Shown here in pieces: positions 12,855-28,655 of a stretch of 64,000 bases of DNA. The stretch's first letter is position 1. The number at the start of each line of letters is the position of its first letter. The stretch spans positions 25,792,001 to 25,856,000 of the forward strand of contig OX597836.1 in assembly GCA_951406725.2 (NCBI GenBank), read 5' to 3'. This stretch comes from Octopus vulgaris (Eukaryota). Below the pieces are notes generated by a model. That model saw only the letters and a list, made by a program, of their open reading frames with translations. It did no database searches and was not told where the DNA came from. The position numbers and the translations under genes are program-made.

Positions 12855-13733
12855 TACAGAGGATGCGGTGAATAAACTATCGTCTAAATTACGCAAAAAA
12901 TGAAAATAGCACCGACATCTTATTTTAACTGATATATTTACCAAAATTACATAAATATATCTTAAAATACTAAAGAGTAAATTTATTCAATAAAATCTTC
13001 ATTGGCTTCAACCACGGTCTACAGACGACTTCGGAACTTCCTGCAAGTCTTCTAGACGGTCTCCTTGTTTAAGTTGGTGAATGCTGCCATAATCCTTGCC
13101 TTCAGTTCATCTTTGGTGTTACAAGGAGTTTTGTTGGTCTCTTATTCAACTGCACCCAACATATAATAATCAAGAGAGTTGCAGTGTGGGGAGTTAGGTG
13201 GCCAGATGTCAGGGTTGATGTGGTCGCAGAAATTTTCTGACAGCCATGACTGGATACTCCTGTTTGTGTTGCACGGTGCAGAGTGCTGTTGCCAGACATA
13301 GGGTGTTGCGACAACCACCCTCTTGACCCAGGGCAGCACTACCTCTTCCAGGCACTTGATGTAGGTATCCACGTTGAGTCTGAGGTCGTGTGTGAAGGTG
13401 AATGGAAGCATAACGCCGCCATCACTAGTGATCACTCCAAACACCTTGATGTTGACTGGATGTTTGATTTTTATCACTCTCGGTACATGTCCTCAGATTG
13501 ACACCCAAACACTCTGAAATGTTCGTATTGGAGCTTCCAGCGTGAATATCAAGCAGTACAGCATGTCGTTTCCAAGTTTCTGGCAGAGTGAATTGCGTCA
13601 TGGTGCTGTTCTTCCCAAAAGTGGTGCCCAACTGACCCTACTATACTGTGTAATCGACAAAATCAAAAGCAAACAATGCGCACGCACGAAATTAGATTGT
13701 GTCATGGCGACAATTTACCCATCGCACTCTGTA
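12855..13733 (-). mobile_element. Tc1/mariner superfamily element, DD37D (maT)-type spacing, internally deleted
   Basis: TA-flanked imperfect TIRs tacagaggatgcggtgaataaactatcgtc / gacaatttacccatcgcactctgta. ORF 13142..13477 has YVWQQ[H]SAPC...WPPNSP[H]CNSLDYY, with 37 residues between the second catalytic position (mutated D to H) and the final D. Confidence 0.85.
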
Positions 13734-13760
13734 TATATACAACCACACACACACACACAC

Positions 13761-13864
<104 letters not shown>

Positions 13865-15174
13865 ATTATTCAAAAGAATTCCAACTCTGTTTGTTATGTT
13901 TTATTTATATTCTTTATAATATTAATGTAGAATATAGAATATATAGTATAAATAGTATATACAGTATAATGAAATGAAGTATTGATTGTCTTACTGAATA
14001 GATGAAATATTGAATATCAAATATTAAGGGGCTAGTATACTTTTTTGCATTAAAGAAGTCTTCAAGGTCCCAGGTTGTAATAGCGCTGGTTGCATGAAAA
14101 TATTTGAAATCAACATTTACACAGAAATACGTCTAACGTAACGCTTCAAGGGAAATAACTCTAAAGGTCTCGTGTAATTAGTAATATGAGAGTTATTTCC
14201 CTTACATCATAAACTGTTTCGCGTAAAAATTCCATTTTATTACCTATTTTACAGGAAGAAAAGCAGGGCAAAATAGATAAAGTATAAAAGAAATCTAAGT
14301 ATTGAGAAAAGAACTAAAAAATACATTAGAAAAAAAACATAGAAAAAGAATAAAAAAGGAAGTGGGGAATTAAACTGGGGGAATGGGGTGGGAAAACGGA
14401 TCGTACACTTCTGATCAAATGGCGTGTTCAGCTGCGCTTTGCGGAGATGATTGCAAAGGGGTTGCCGCGCAGAATGGTCAGTGACACTGGCTGAAGCAGC
14501 CACGCACATTGTGGGGTCCATTTCTCAAACGGGCCGCTGTTATCCCGATTTTACAGAAAAAATCAGCAGTGCGTGGTCCGAGAACAACTGAGGTCTCGCA
14601 GACAACTGGCAGAAACTGACAGTGGCCCGTCAGACTCCTGTATTTATCTGTCTTTCTCTCTGAGTTAGTTACGGGTGGCGATACCCGGGATGTTTCAGGT
14701 CTAATGTGCAGTTATACATTTTTAAGAAGCACTCGATCGGTGTTTCTCATTACGAGGCGGGTAGGAAAAGAGTAAAAATTGACAGGATAGAGACCAACAC
14801 ACATCGTTATGATTATTATAATTAAGATCATTTTAAACATTTTGCCAACGCCACGACGAACAATTAAGAATTGAATATAAATTCCATTTAATCTTCTTGT
14901 CAATAAAGACGGTCCCTGGTGGGCCAAGAAAGTTTCTTTAATATTTAGGTGGGGGAGGGGTGCCTGATATTTGACCTTCCAACAAGCATTACATTAGTCG
15001 TAGCTTTATTTGATTTCTGTTAGTAAAGCTCAGGTTCTTTAGCACCGGACGTTGTGGCGTTTATGGCTTTCCCGTCACAATTAGAAACAAGTAATAGCTG
15101 AATCGCATAAGGATAGACAGAAGAAATGACGAGAGATTATCAGATCATGTTGGGTAGAAGGTCACTCAGAGTAT

Positions 15175-15640
15175 TCTTTTCTACTCTAGGCACAAGACCC
15201 GAAATTTTGGGGGAGGAGGCCAGTCGGACAAAATATTTCGCGGCATTTTCTTCGGCTTTACGGTCTGAGTTCAAATTCCGCCGAGGTCGACTTTACCTTT
15301 CATCATTTCGGGTTCGATAAATTAAGGATCAGTAAAACAGCGGGGTCGTTGTAATTGACTAATCCCCTCCCACTCCCCTAAAAATTGTGTTCTTTTAGTA
15401 GAAAGGGTTATTAATGCGTTGTTAAGGCGGAGAGCTGGCAGAATCGTGACTGCGCCCGGAAAAATGCTTAGCGGTATTTTCTTCCGTCTTTACGTTCTGA
15501 GTTCAAATTCTGCCACGGACGACTTTGCCTTTCAACCTTTTGGGGTCGATAAATTAAATACCAGTTGTGCACTAGGGTCGATGTAATCGATTCACTCCTC
15601 TCCCGAACTTGCTGGCCCTGTGCCAAAATTTGGAGCCAGT
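15175..15640 (+). mobile_element. Two tandem SINE family A copies, the first headed by an inverted tail fragment
   Basis: Central domain at ~15265-15335 and ~15495-15565. Segment 15175-15225 matches the minus-strand tail at 44526. Confidence 0.8.
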
Positions 15641-15666
15641 ATTATTCTCGTTGTTGTTGTTGGTTG

Positions 15667-15698
<32 letters not shown>

Positions 15699-16105
15699 GG
15701 TGGTGGTGGTGATGGTGGTGGTGGTGGTGGTGGTGGTGGGTGTGTGCGGCGATGGCTGTTGATGTTTTGATGGTGGTGATGTGTCTAATGTTTGAGATGT
15801 TAGTTCCGGCCGTGGACTGGGTGGCACTGCTATTGGTCGTGGTATTTTCATTGTTTTGGAGGATTTTCAGGCCCACTACTGCCATGGCTAAGTCGACCTC
15901 GACGGCGAAATTTAAACTCAATTGCTCAGATAAACAACATATGCCTGAACAAACAAAACCGCTTTTATGTCGTCGCTCCACATGCTAGACATAGCTGCAA
16001 TACCTTCCTTAAACAAAACTTAACGCCTTGCCAAAACGATGGAGAAATATTAGATACACGTCGTCTGCAAGAAAGACAAAACTGTTCCTTTGTCTTGTCC
16101 GTTTG

Positions 16106-16148
<43 letters not shown>

Positions 16149-16182
16149 GTATCTATCCATATATTTAGTTAGCTAGCTAGCT

Positions 16183-16316
<134 letters not shown>

Positions 16317-16526
16317 CTGTACATGTATCTTAAACGCATCTTCCTTACAATGGCGTAAATGAGCAGCTGACAATCTTCGTTCCATCGTCAACTTCTAAGA
16401 TCTGAACTGGAACGAAGATCGTTAATTTCACTTTATCACCAGATTCATTTAGTACAAAGCTTTGTGAGCGTATCTCTATACATCTACACATGCAACTAAA
16501 TAACCATAGAGATGTATTTTTTACAC

Positions 16527-16556
<30 letters not shown>

Positions 16557-16563
<7 letters not shown>

Positions 16564-16721
16564 TTAGAGACAAAACCACTATTATGCAAATCAAACAAAG
16601 AAAGACTTAATCCAATACATAAAAAAATTTATATATTTAATTTATATAAAATTTTTTATGTATTGGATTAAGTCTTTCTTTGTTTGATTTGCATAATAGT
16701 GGTTTTGTCTCTAATTAATAT
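16557..16721. repeat. Perfect ~70-bp inverted repeat (hairpin) with 25-nt AT-only spacer
   Basis: atattaattagagacaaaaccactattatgc...ccaatacataaaaaa (16557-16626) is the exact reverse complement of 16652-16721. Confidence 0.95.
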
Positions 16722-17387
16722 TATATTATATTTTACTATAAAATTGGATTCAATCCTAAATCTGATTTTTCCCTGTAAATTTGGATTTATTCCCTAATAT
16801 TTATTATTATTATTATTATATATATATGTATGTGTGCCTTTGGATGTCTTCTACAGTAGTTTAAGACCAACAAATCAGAAATCCCCCAAGTTTCTACATA
16901 AAAAAAGAGAGATATATTCCAGTTAACTATGCTACGAATATGACCAAAAAGGAAATAAGACGTACTACAAACAACGAAAATATCTTTCCTTAGTGATAAC
17001 CTCAATAATTTTTACAAGATAATATCTTATAAACGTTAATACTGTCATTTCTAAATGACAACGCTTGCACTTGCAAATGGTAATTTTCGCATTTTTAAAA
17101 GATAATATTTCCTCTTATATGTGATAAGGTTTTTGTTTTTCCATGAAGATATCTTTACTTTTGAATCTTAATGCCGCCATTTCTAACTGATAATATGTTT
17201 TCACTTTTAAATGTTAATAGTGTCGTATTTAAATATCTTCTCTTTTAAATAGCAATACCGCCATTCGTAAACAAATATTTCGTTCATGTGGCAAGGAATA
17301 AATATAACAAAAACGATTTAGTGGTTAACTTCTGTGTTACATATCTTGTTCAGATAGATCGTGAATATTTCAGACATGGTGGTGATA

Positions 17388-17436
<49 letters not shown>

Positions 17437-17458
17437 CGACGACTACAGCTGCCACACA

Positions 17459-17812
17459 GGAGGCGCAATGGCCCAGTGGTTAGGGCAGCGGACCCGCGGT
17501 CGGAGGATCGCGGTTTCGATTCCCAGACCGGGCGTTGTGTGTGTTTATTGAGCGAAAACACCAAAAGCTGCGCGAGGCTCCGGCAGGGAGTGGTGGCGAC
17601 CCCTGTTGTACTCTTTCGCTCCAACTTCCTCTCACTCTTTCTTCCTGTTTTTTATCCCCCGACTTCCTACGCAACCGCTGAGCCTGGATGCACATTCATC
17701 CATCCGTCGATGCTTTCTCTTCTGCGTGTCTTACGAATAGCAAAGGACCACGTTTCGGACTTCTCCCACTCTGGGACGAAGACCGCTACGCTCAACAAAC
17801 AAACAAACAAAC
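17459..17812 (+). mobile_element. tRNA-derived SINE family C, full length
   Basis: A box TGGCCCAGTGG, B box GGTTTCGATTCC, (AAAC)n tail. Related copies at 25297 and 63794. Confidence 0.85.
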
Positions 17813-18830
17813 AGCAGCCACAATAACAGCGATTAGTTTATTAATAAACAAAAACAAACAAGAAATAATGAAAACAAGGAAGTGTAAAACAAATTGTTAC
17901 TTACTGTCAGAGGGCTGCAACATCGTCGACATAATGCAATCATCTTCGCGCGGTCGCCTCTTCGGATCAATCCCATCAGTAATAATGTCCGACATTTTGA
18001 ACGGTATTTCCTTAATATGTATATATATATATATATCGCTCACGTGATTGGCACACTAATGTCTGTTTGTCGTCTACATGAAGTCAGGCAGCGAGTGGGT
18101 GGGGTGTGTGGAGGGGGCGGGATTACTTGAATGGAAGGGCAGATTAAGGACAAGAGGTAATTGATTTCCTGAACGACGGTTCAATCCTGGCTTCGTGATT
18201 GGTTTTCATTTAAAGCCTTGAGCTGGACGTATAAACCATCCTACCTACGTGTCTGTCTGTCTGTCTGTGTATGTATGTGTGTGCGTGTATTCGTGTATGT
18301 ATTTATGTATATATGCATAAATTTATGTATGTATATGTGTATGTATGTATGAGTTTATGTATGTATGTATTTGTGTATGTATGTATGTATGTATGTATGT
18401 ATGTATGTATGTATGTATGTATGTATGTATGTATATCTGTACGTATGTATGTGTGTGTATGTATGTATGTATGTAATTGTCTCTATATAAGTATGTGCAT
18501 GTAGTTTCTTTGTGTGTGTAAAGTATTCATGTAATGGCAATTGCTGTGTGTGTATTAATGTATGTCTTTGTGGTCATGCGTGTGTGTGTGTGCGTGTATG
18601 TGTGTATGTGTGTGTGTGTATTTTGTCCTCAGGGGCTTGTCTATTTTGGGTTTGTAATCGTAATGATATTGAATAACGACACGTCACGTGACTATGTCGG
18701 AATGTTGGCCAAAGATGCGATAGTCTTTTAAACCCGGTTTAGACGCCTGACATTTCCAGCCGGAGTGAATGAAAGACATACGAAATGATATCAACGCAAT
18801 CATCTCATGAAGAACAACTAATACTTCTGG

Positions 18831-18901
<71 letters not shown>

Positions 18902-19626
18902 AACAACAACAGCAACAATGTTATTGATGGTGACTATGAATGAATGAATATTAATTGGAATTAATATTTAATAAATATACAAAGAAACTAACTTTTTTGG
19001 AAATATATGTATATATATATATATATATATATTTATATGTATCATATATGCAGTTCTTGTTTTAGATTTTTGTTTTTTTTTACGATTGTTTGTCGGTCGA
19101 TTATTCAGAAAATTCTAGAAATGTCGACAACAGATTATTGCACGAAATTCAGGAGATGTCTCCCAAACTGTTTCATTCTCGTATCGTATATTTGCTCTTT
19201 TCCGGAGAATATTCGGCAAGATGTTAGCTCTTTTATTATTATTATTATTATTATTATTGTTGTTGTTGTTGATCGTGTTGTTATTGTTGTGTTATTATTG
19301 CTGTAATAGTTATCTCAATAGAAACCTTAAGAATAAATTTTGACAAGATTATATTTTGATATTTGGGATAAGAAACCCAAAGAAAAATTTTTAAAAAAGA
19401 AGGAGGCGGCAGAGGGGCGGGATCTTTCGTGTGTAAGTTGTTCAAAGTTGTGCCCGCCTTAAATATCAATTGAATGAAATTCCAACTTCATTCAGTAGTA
19501 GGAAATAAAATCTAACTTTGTTTCAATGAGATTCTTGATTCTGTATATTGTCTTTTTCTTTATATCTCCGGTTCTTTTTTCGTTCTAGATACATCTCGTA
19601 ATTTCTATATACATATATATATATAC

Positions 19627-19683
<57 letters not shown>

Positions 19684-19723
19684 CACATATATGTATATAG
19701 TTATATATACGTATATTTATGCA

Positions 19724-19767
<44 letters not shown>

Positions 19768-22609
19768 TCAGCGATGGTTTGATTAATATCGACTTCTATT
19801 TAATTAAGAATAATGGTGGATTTATTGTGTGAACAAAGAGAAGATTTAATACGTCTAATGATTAATAACTATTCTTTTTGTTTTTAAAAATTGAATGAAA
19901 TTATTATCCATTTTTCTCTCCAGACACAAGGAATAATAATGGTGTATCATTTAAATCGCTTTTGTCTTCCATGTCGAGTTTTACTGAATATATTTCATAA
20001 TCTGACGGGTGTAATGACATTGCGGTTATGAACGGAAACACTTGTTCGATGAATATATTAAATTCTTGGTAAAATTTTAAATGTTCCTTCTTCCTGAATA
20101 TAACATAATTTTTGAAGAAACGTAAACTTGTTAAATATTTATCTGTCCATGAAAATATAAAATAAATTAACAATGAATTATATTCTGAAGCATTTGATTT
20201 TGTTTGTCACCTGTCGAATATTCAAGACATTCCTCAAACTTCATCCGTGATTTGCAGATATGAAACATTTAAATTAATTACTTTTCGACAGTCGAGAGTT
20301 ATTTCACTATTTCACCGAATATATTTATTTCTTTTGACCTCCTCTTTTTCTTTCACGTTTCTCTCGGCCTTTCAGGTTTATTGCTGTCCTTACATAATAA
20401 ATAATTAAATTCAAGGAAATGTTTGAATTTAGTATGTTGAAACCGAATTGGAAACCCACCAAGTAAAATGCATTCACTGATCTAGTAATATATAATAATG
20501 ATAATATTCACATCGGCATCATCCATCAATTCGTTTGGTGGTTGTTAAAACTCTCAGCTTTTAAAAGATGACCGAAGGCAGATTTTCATATCTCATGTAT
20601 GTTTGTGCTGGAAAGGCAATTTTAATTCATTTTGTTCTTATTTAAACCAATATCAATATATCACAAATCTTGTAAAATGTTATGAAATATGCCTGGAAAA
20701 CAAGTCAAAACACAGCTTTATCACAGTCGGTTGTTAAATATTAAATCCGTGGTGGATCAAGAACAGAAAAAATACTCCAAACAGTTCTTAGAGAATCTTG
20801 TAATACAAAAGAAGCGTCGGTGGTGTATCGTATTCTTTGTTCGTATATTTCTTTTCGATAATGAATTATATAATATACATATATATATAGTATAGTATAG
20901 AACTAGTATAATTTAAACATAGAAAAATGTATATGAAGCAACCGGATATGAACGAAATATTTTGGAAGACATAAGGGAGTGTTAAATATATTTTCGTTAA
21001 ATTATTTTGCCAGAGTTATCAGTTATAAATAAGTTTATTCCCACCAATAGCTTCTAAGAATCGATTCATTCTATTTAATCAGATACCAGCATAGTTACAA
21101 GATAACCTTTCAACTTTGTTATTTTCTGTCTCCTGTGTAAAAGATCGCCTGCGTACTTCTATCTCATTCCACCATTATTTTGCCGCCAAAATGTCCCCTG
21201 TTTCTACTTCCATACATGAATTACAACGATAATATATGAAGATATTCACTTTCTTTTTTACTCCCAAGTAATTCAATGATAAACAACGGCTTCTTGTTGT
21301 AAGTGCTTTAACTTAGATTACGACGTATGGCAAGAAAACAGTCCATAGTTTGGGGGTACGGACATTTCCTAGTTACCTTGATATAATAGTCCAGTTTAAT
21401 TATAAACTCAAAACAGAAAACTGTCCAGGTTTAAATTTTTTTCTTGTTTCTTTCTATGCAATTATTCGTTATACTTCTCATTATTTTTAGTGCAAACGCA
21501 TCAAATTAGAAGTCTTTTCTTCAATAATCAGATTGTGATATATATTTTACACTCAATCTTCTCGGCAAATAAGTTAAGGAACTCAAGCGAATCCCATTTA
21601 CAACGAGAAGTGTTTTGGTAAGGGCTTTGATTTTTTTCTTTTACGTCTTTTCAGTTTGACTAAACATTTTTAAATACGAGAAGAAATGTGAAGAAGTAAC
21701 TTGTTACTTGTAAGGAAAATATGTTTCTTAATTTTGAATTTGATTTTTCGTTTCATCTTCGTGTATTGTTTAACTTGTAATCGACGTTCATATGCAGTTG
21801 ACTGTATTAGCCGTGATAAAGCTTAATTAAAGATCGTCTCGCCTGATCTTTGCCATGTCGTCAAACATTGCAGATTTTGTCCGTCTGTTTGTATCATGTT
21901 CAAGATTTATTTATTGAGAAGTATTCGGAAATTGGTGGAAATCTGTCGTAAAGAAAGAAATGAAAAGAGAAAGCTATCAGAAAAAGAACCAAAACAATTA
22001 AGCAATGACAAAAATATTTCAAATATAAAAAAACAAAATCGGAAAAATTTTAAAAGAACAGGAAATGGAATATATTAACCTGCAATATCGAGAGGACTTG
22101 TTCAACAAAATGGCTTAATAATCTCAATACAAATAAAGCAGACGATAAAATGGCGGTTAATGAAACATTATCTACAAAAGAGAAACTTTCTGAACGATCG
22201 ATAAAAGTAATAATTCACTGGGTATTGAATAATTAACAGTTTAACTATTACGGATGTAATAAATTACGCATAATTCTTCGGTTTTGATTTGGATATCGAT
22301 ATAGGTAATCTTCCACTTTTTCTTCATTCAATCTCGCTCTAATGTAACGGCAAGGTTACTTCCGTTGACCGGCGATCTCTTTTTGTCTGTCATTTTGTTT
22401 GGCTTATTCATTGAGGAACCACTTATGTATGAAACACTAACTTTTGGCAAACCTTACGTAATTTCACTTTGATTTATAACCGCTTCGCGTGACATTTCGT
22501 AGATCTTCTGATGCATATCAAGATGACTAAACGTTTTAAAAGAATCATTTTTGACCGTGTTTCCATTAATCCTTTACTGAAAGATAACAGCAACCAAAAC
22601 ATTTGGATT

Positions 22610-22865
22610 TCCAAGGACCCCGGAATAACGTTACTCGATAGAGTGCCTAACACGGAGATTAGGGAGCCCCTCTTCAGGTCAAGTCATTATTTCTTCGCGT
22701 TGAAAGGGCACAGCTCTGGTACTATGGACACGTGGTTAGAAAGTCACTGGAAAGAATCACAAGGCAGATTCTTCAATCTTCGCCAACCGGCAAAAGACCA
22801 GAAACGAGATGGTTGGAGACTGTCTGTAGTCGCAGTTGGTTCACTTGGGAACCAAACCGAAAAGT
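22610..22865 (+). mobile_element. RTE-clade LINE 3' fragment
   Basis: Frameshifted peptides GITLLDRVPNTEIRE and AQLWYYGHVVRKSLERITRQILQSSPTGKRPETRWLETV, resembling the RTE C-terminal DRxxNxEIR, LRWxGHV and GKRPRGRPxxRW motifs. Confidence 0.8.
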
Positions 22866-22879
22866 GCAATGGCAGTTGT

Positions 22880-23102
<223 letters not shown>

Positions 23103-23234
23103 TATAATTTTATACATATATATATATGCATGCATACCTACACTACACGCATACATGGAGACAAACCAATGTTTTATTCCATATTGCAATATAATACTCG
23201 TATGCCGTATTAAAAGATAAGACATTATTATATA

Positions 23235-23473
23235 TACAGAGTGTTCAAAATGTCTCTCCGCAGTGAATTTTTTTACTCCTGCACATAGCCATGGCGCTAC
23301 TTCAAGAGTTTTTCGGTGAACGTATTATCTCGAAAGGACTTTGGCCAACAAGATCACCTGATTTAACACCGCCAGACATTTTTTTTTCTGGGGAGCAAGT
23401 AAAGGATCGGATTACAATAACCGCCCGAAAACCATTAAATACTTACTGTGGAGAGATTTTTTGAACACCCTGT
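23235..23473 (+). mobile_element. ~240-bp non-autonomous Tc1/mariner derivative
   Basis: 29-bp TIRs acagagtgttcaaaatgtctctccgcagt / actgtggagagattttttgaacaccctgt. Interior encodes MALLQEFFGERIISKGLWPTRSPDLTPPDIFF. Confidence 0.85.
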
Positions 23474-23842
23474 CAACGGTTATGTACAAACATCCTACGT
23501 CACTCCGAACGGAATACTTCGATTCTCAATAACTCAAAGTCATATGACATCATCATCATCATCATCATTATCATCATCGTCATCATCGTCGTTATCATTA
23601 CAAATTATTCCTGCTGCTGTTGTTGTTGTTGTTGTTACATTATTATATCAAAGAAAAAAGAGTATAAAGGTATGTGTGTATTTAATGGTTACAATGATTC
23701 CGTCACAATAGAGTTCAATATATACTGATTGGAAATGAATAGGTTTTATTGAACTCTTGGAATAAATAAAAAGTTTATTGAAGTAGAATCCGATATGAAA
23801 TCTCATTTATTATATACTTGACTGTGTGGTGATAATGATGAA

Positions 23843-23875
<33 letters not shown>

Positions 23876-23903
23876 GGTGGTGGTGGTGATGATGATGATG
23901 ATG

Positions 23904-23973
<70 letters not shown>

Positions 23974-24033
23974 AGTCCTGGGCAGTAGCTCTCGTGGCTT
24001 CTGATCTGATCTTAACTGACTGGAAGTGTTTCA

Positions 24034-24143
24034 CTGGTACTTAATTTATCGACCCCGAAAGGATGAAAGGCAAAGTCAACCTCGGCGGAATTAGAATTCA
24101 GATCGTAAAGACGGACAAAATACCGCTAAGCATTTTGCTTGGC
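24034..24143 (-). mobile_element. SINE family A fragment
   Basis: actggtacttaatttatcgaccccgaaaggatgaaaggcaaagtcaacctcggcggaa. Confidence 0.85.
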
Positions 24144-24145
24144 GA

Positions 24146-25762
<1,617 letters not shown>

Positions 25763-26302
25763 AGAGTGATAACGACCACAGATATAGCAGAACTAATAGT
25801 GAAAAAATAAACGAAAATAATAAGTTTATGCATACCAGAATATTTCTTGCCGCATCAATATTACTTTACTGTGTTAATATTAAACGTTAATATTAAAACG
25901 CGTTCTAGCTTGTACAAGACTAATAAAACAAAGATTGCAACGCAGACACATCCACACGCGTCTGATGCTATATCGCATGGGCATATGAATATTAATGCCA
26001 ATTTCTATGGTAATTTATTTATATTTATTCTAGAATGAAAGAATATATTCCGCTTCCTTCTTATCGTTCGGTTCTTTCTGTTGTTTGTCGTTTATTTTCA
26101 GAAATTCATTTGAGTGTGTATTTTAAGAAGTTTACATATAGAGACGCATAAAGACTGTGGATTCTGGTTCATTTCAATGATTAACTCTATGCGGATTTGA
26201 ATTAGTTCTACATCAACATATCGAGGACTTATCTGATCTTGATTTTTATATACCAAAAGCACTTTGAACAAGAAATGTTTTAGCATTTATCTCAGTGTAC
26301 AC

Positions 26303-26333
<31 letters not shown>

Positions 26334-26568
26334 TTGAGCGGAGCAGGATCATATATACGAGGACGTCACTGAAGAGTTCACAGATGTGTGATGAAAGATT
26401 TCCAGACAATGGACATATGTTAAAATAAGAGCAGTGATAAATGAGTGAAGAGCGAATAACTAGTTCGTGTGTTTTTATTTGGAAAAAAATGACCATCCCG
26501 AAATATTACAATATCTGTTTCAACACTCGGTTTCACATCAGGAATCTTACAAAATAAATTCCTAAACG

Positions 26569-26627
<59 letters not shown>

Positions 26628-26630
<3 letters not shown>

Positions 26631-26930
26631 GGAAAGAGAGAGAGTTTATTGATGAGAGATAGATATTCTCCGTATAGAATACATTTCGAGGATCTCAAGA
26701 GATTTAAATTCCTCTATTTACACAACCTGAAACCACATGTGAATCGTTGGGGATTGTCTTCCTACGTCTTCCCCTCTTTTGGACTTTCCTCGGTTTCCGA
26801 AGAAGAGAGTTTGCTCGAAACGTTAAAACATCTTTCTTTCCTTTCCTGAGCGTCTTCTAATGCATTACAAGTACCACGTCCTCGCGTTGTTGTTTTTATA
26901 TGTTTGCTCATTTTTGGGGATTTACTATAC
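26628..26930 (+). mobile_element. Short Penelope-like terminal-repeat fragment in (TA)n with variant minimal hammerhead fold (26793-26829)
   Basis: GUUU-CCGAAGA-A-GAG(AGUUUG)CUC-GAAAC-GUU-AAAAC. (TA)n on both sides. Confidence 0.55.
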
Positions 26931-26946
26931 ACATATATATTTATAC

Positions 26947-27081
<135 letters not shown>

Positions 27082-27112
27082 CAAACATATATATATATAT
27101 ATATATATATAT

Positions 27113-27275
27113 CGATCAAACAGTGTCAGCCCTTGTCGGAATTTACTTTCTATCAAACTTACATGAAGAATTCCCTGAAATCGAAGGTGGATTGTATAGG
27201 GATGACGGTCTCTTTATAGTAAAAATATTTCTAATAAACGACTAGAATTAATTAAAAAGCGCTTTAATTAAAAGA
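27113..27275 (+). mobile_element. Penelope-like RT fragment
   Basis: Peptide [31 protein letters not shown], containing the GLYRDDGL catalytic motif. Confidence 0.75.
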
Positions 27276-27417
27276 TATGGACCCTCTCTTTCTATCGAGA
27301 GATAAAACCACTTTCTCTCTCCCTCACCGTATATATATATGTGTGTGTGTGTGTGTGTATATATATGTATGTATGTATATATATCTATATATGTGTGTGT
27401 ATGTATATGTAAGTATG

Positions 27418-27450
<33 letters not shown>

Positions 27451-27463
27451 GTATATATATATG

Positions 27464-27495
<32 letters not shown>

Positions 27496-27998
27496 CGTAT
27501 ACTTTGACAAAAAATTAATACTACTAGTTTCATCCATATTAATCTTAAACTTTAATTCACAGTGCAAGGCTTGCTGCAGACGTCATGGTTGGACACGACA
27601 ACATCAACACCAGCGGAGAAGAATTGTAGAAAAATATTGAGAAATATAAAAAGAAGATCCATTTAAATGTAGAAAAAAAAAGTGGGAAAAAAATCGAAGC
27701 ATTCGGTTTGCCGTTGAGAGCTCCAAGTATAATAATGACTTCAAAATTGAAAAAAATAAGATCCTTATGAAGGCTATGGGAGATTAATGAAAATATGCTG
27801 GGATGAAGCACAACCGACCAAATTTATTTTACTGGAGAACAATTTTGCCGACGGGCAAAATGTGTTGAATGCAAGAAAGGAGCCGATTAATGCAATTTCA
27901 TTCTGAAAAAAGGAAAAAAAAAAGAGAAAAGGTGGAGGGGTTGACGATATAAATATCTGAAATGTAATTCTTACTGAAGTCTGTCAAGAAAAGATTAT

Positions 27999-28091
<93 letters not shown>

Positions 28092-28274
28092 GTTGTCGTC
28101 GTCGTCGTCGTCGTCATCGTCGACATCATCATTATCATCAATATTGTCATCATCATCATCATCGCCGTCGTCGTCATCATTATCATAAGTACCATCATCA
28201 TCATCATTATCGTCATCGTCTCCGTCATCATCATCGTCATTACCATCATCATCATCATTATCATCACCATCATC

Positions 28275-28655
28275 AAGGCTAGTAATTGTAGGGAAATGGG
28301 GTAAGTCAATTACATTGACCCTAGTACTTGACTGGTACTTTATTTCGTCGACCCCTAAAGGATGAAAGACAAAGTTCGCCACGGTGGCATTTGAACTTAG
28401 AATAAAATACCGGAAGAAACACTAATAACCAATTTGTCCGGCATGGTAAAGATTCTGCCAGCTTGCCGCATTACAATAACAACAACAACAACAATACTGA
28501 TAATAGTCGCTTCAAATTTTGGCACAAGGCCAGCAGTTTCAGGGTAAGGAGTTAAGTCGATTACATCAACGCCAGTACTCAACTGGTACTTGCTTGAACG
28601 ACCCGAAAGGATGAGAGACCAAGTCGACTTCGGCAGAGTTTGAACTCAGAACCAG
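28275..28655 (-). mobile_element. Two SINE family A copies
   Basis: Central domain at ~28330-28400 and ~28580-28650. Confidence 0.8.

Noticed and set aside
15740-16075. Non-repetitive ORFs and a minus-strand acceptor-like ctttcttgcag
   Set aside because: No recognisable protein, the ORFs run into microsatellite or SINE-like sequence, and there is no convincing donor
17459-17530. Possible tRNA gene (also at 28899, 31840 and 63794)
   Set aside because: A and B boxes are present, but the sequence continues into a repeated SINE body and no convincing cloverleaf with terminator was seen
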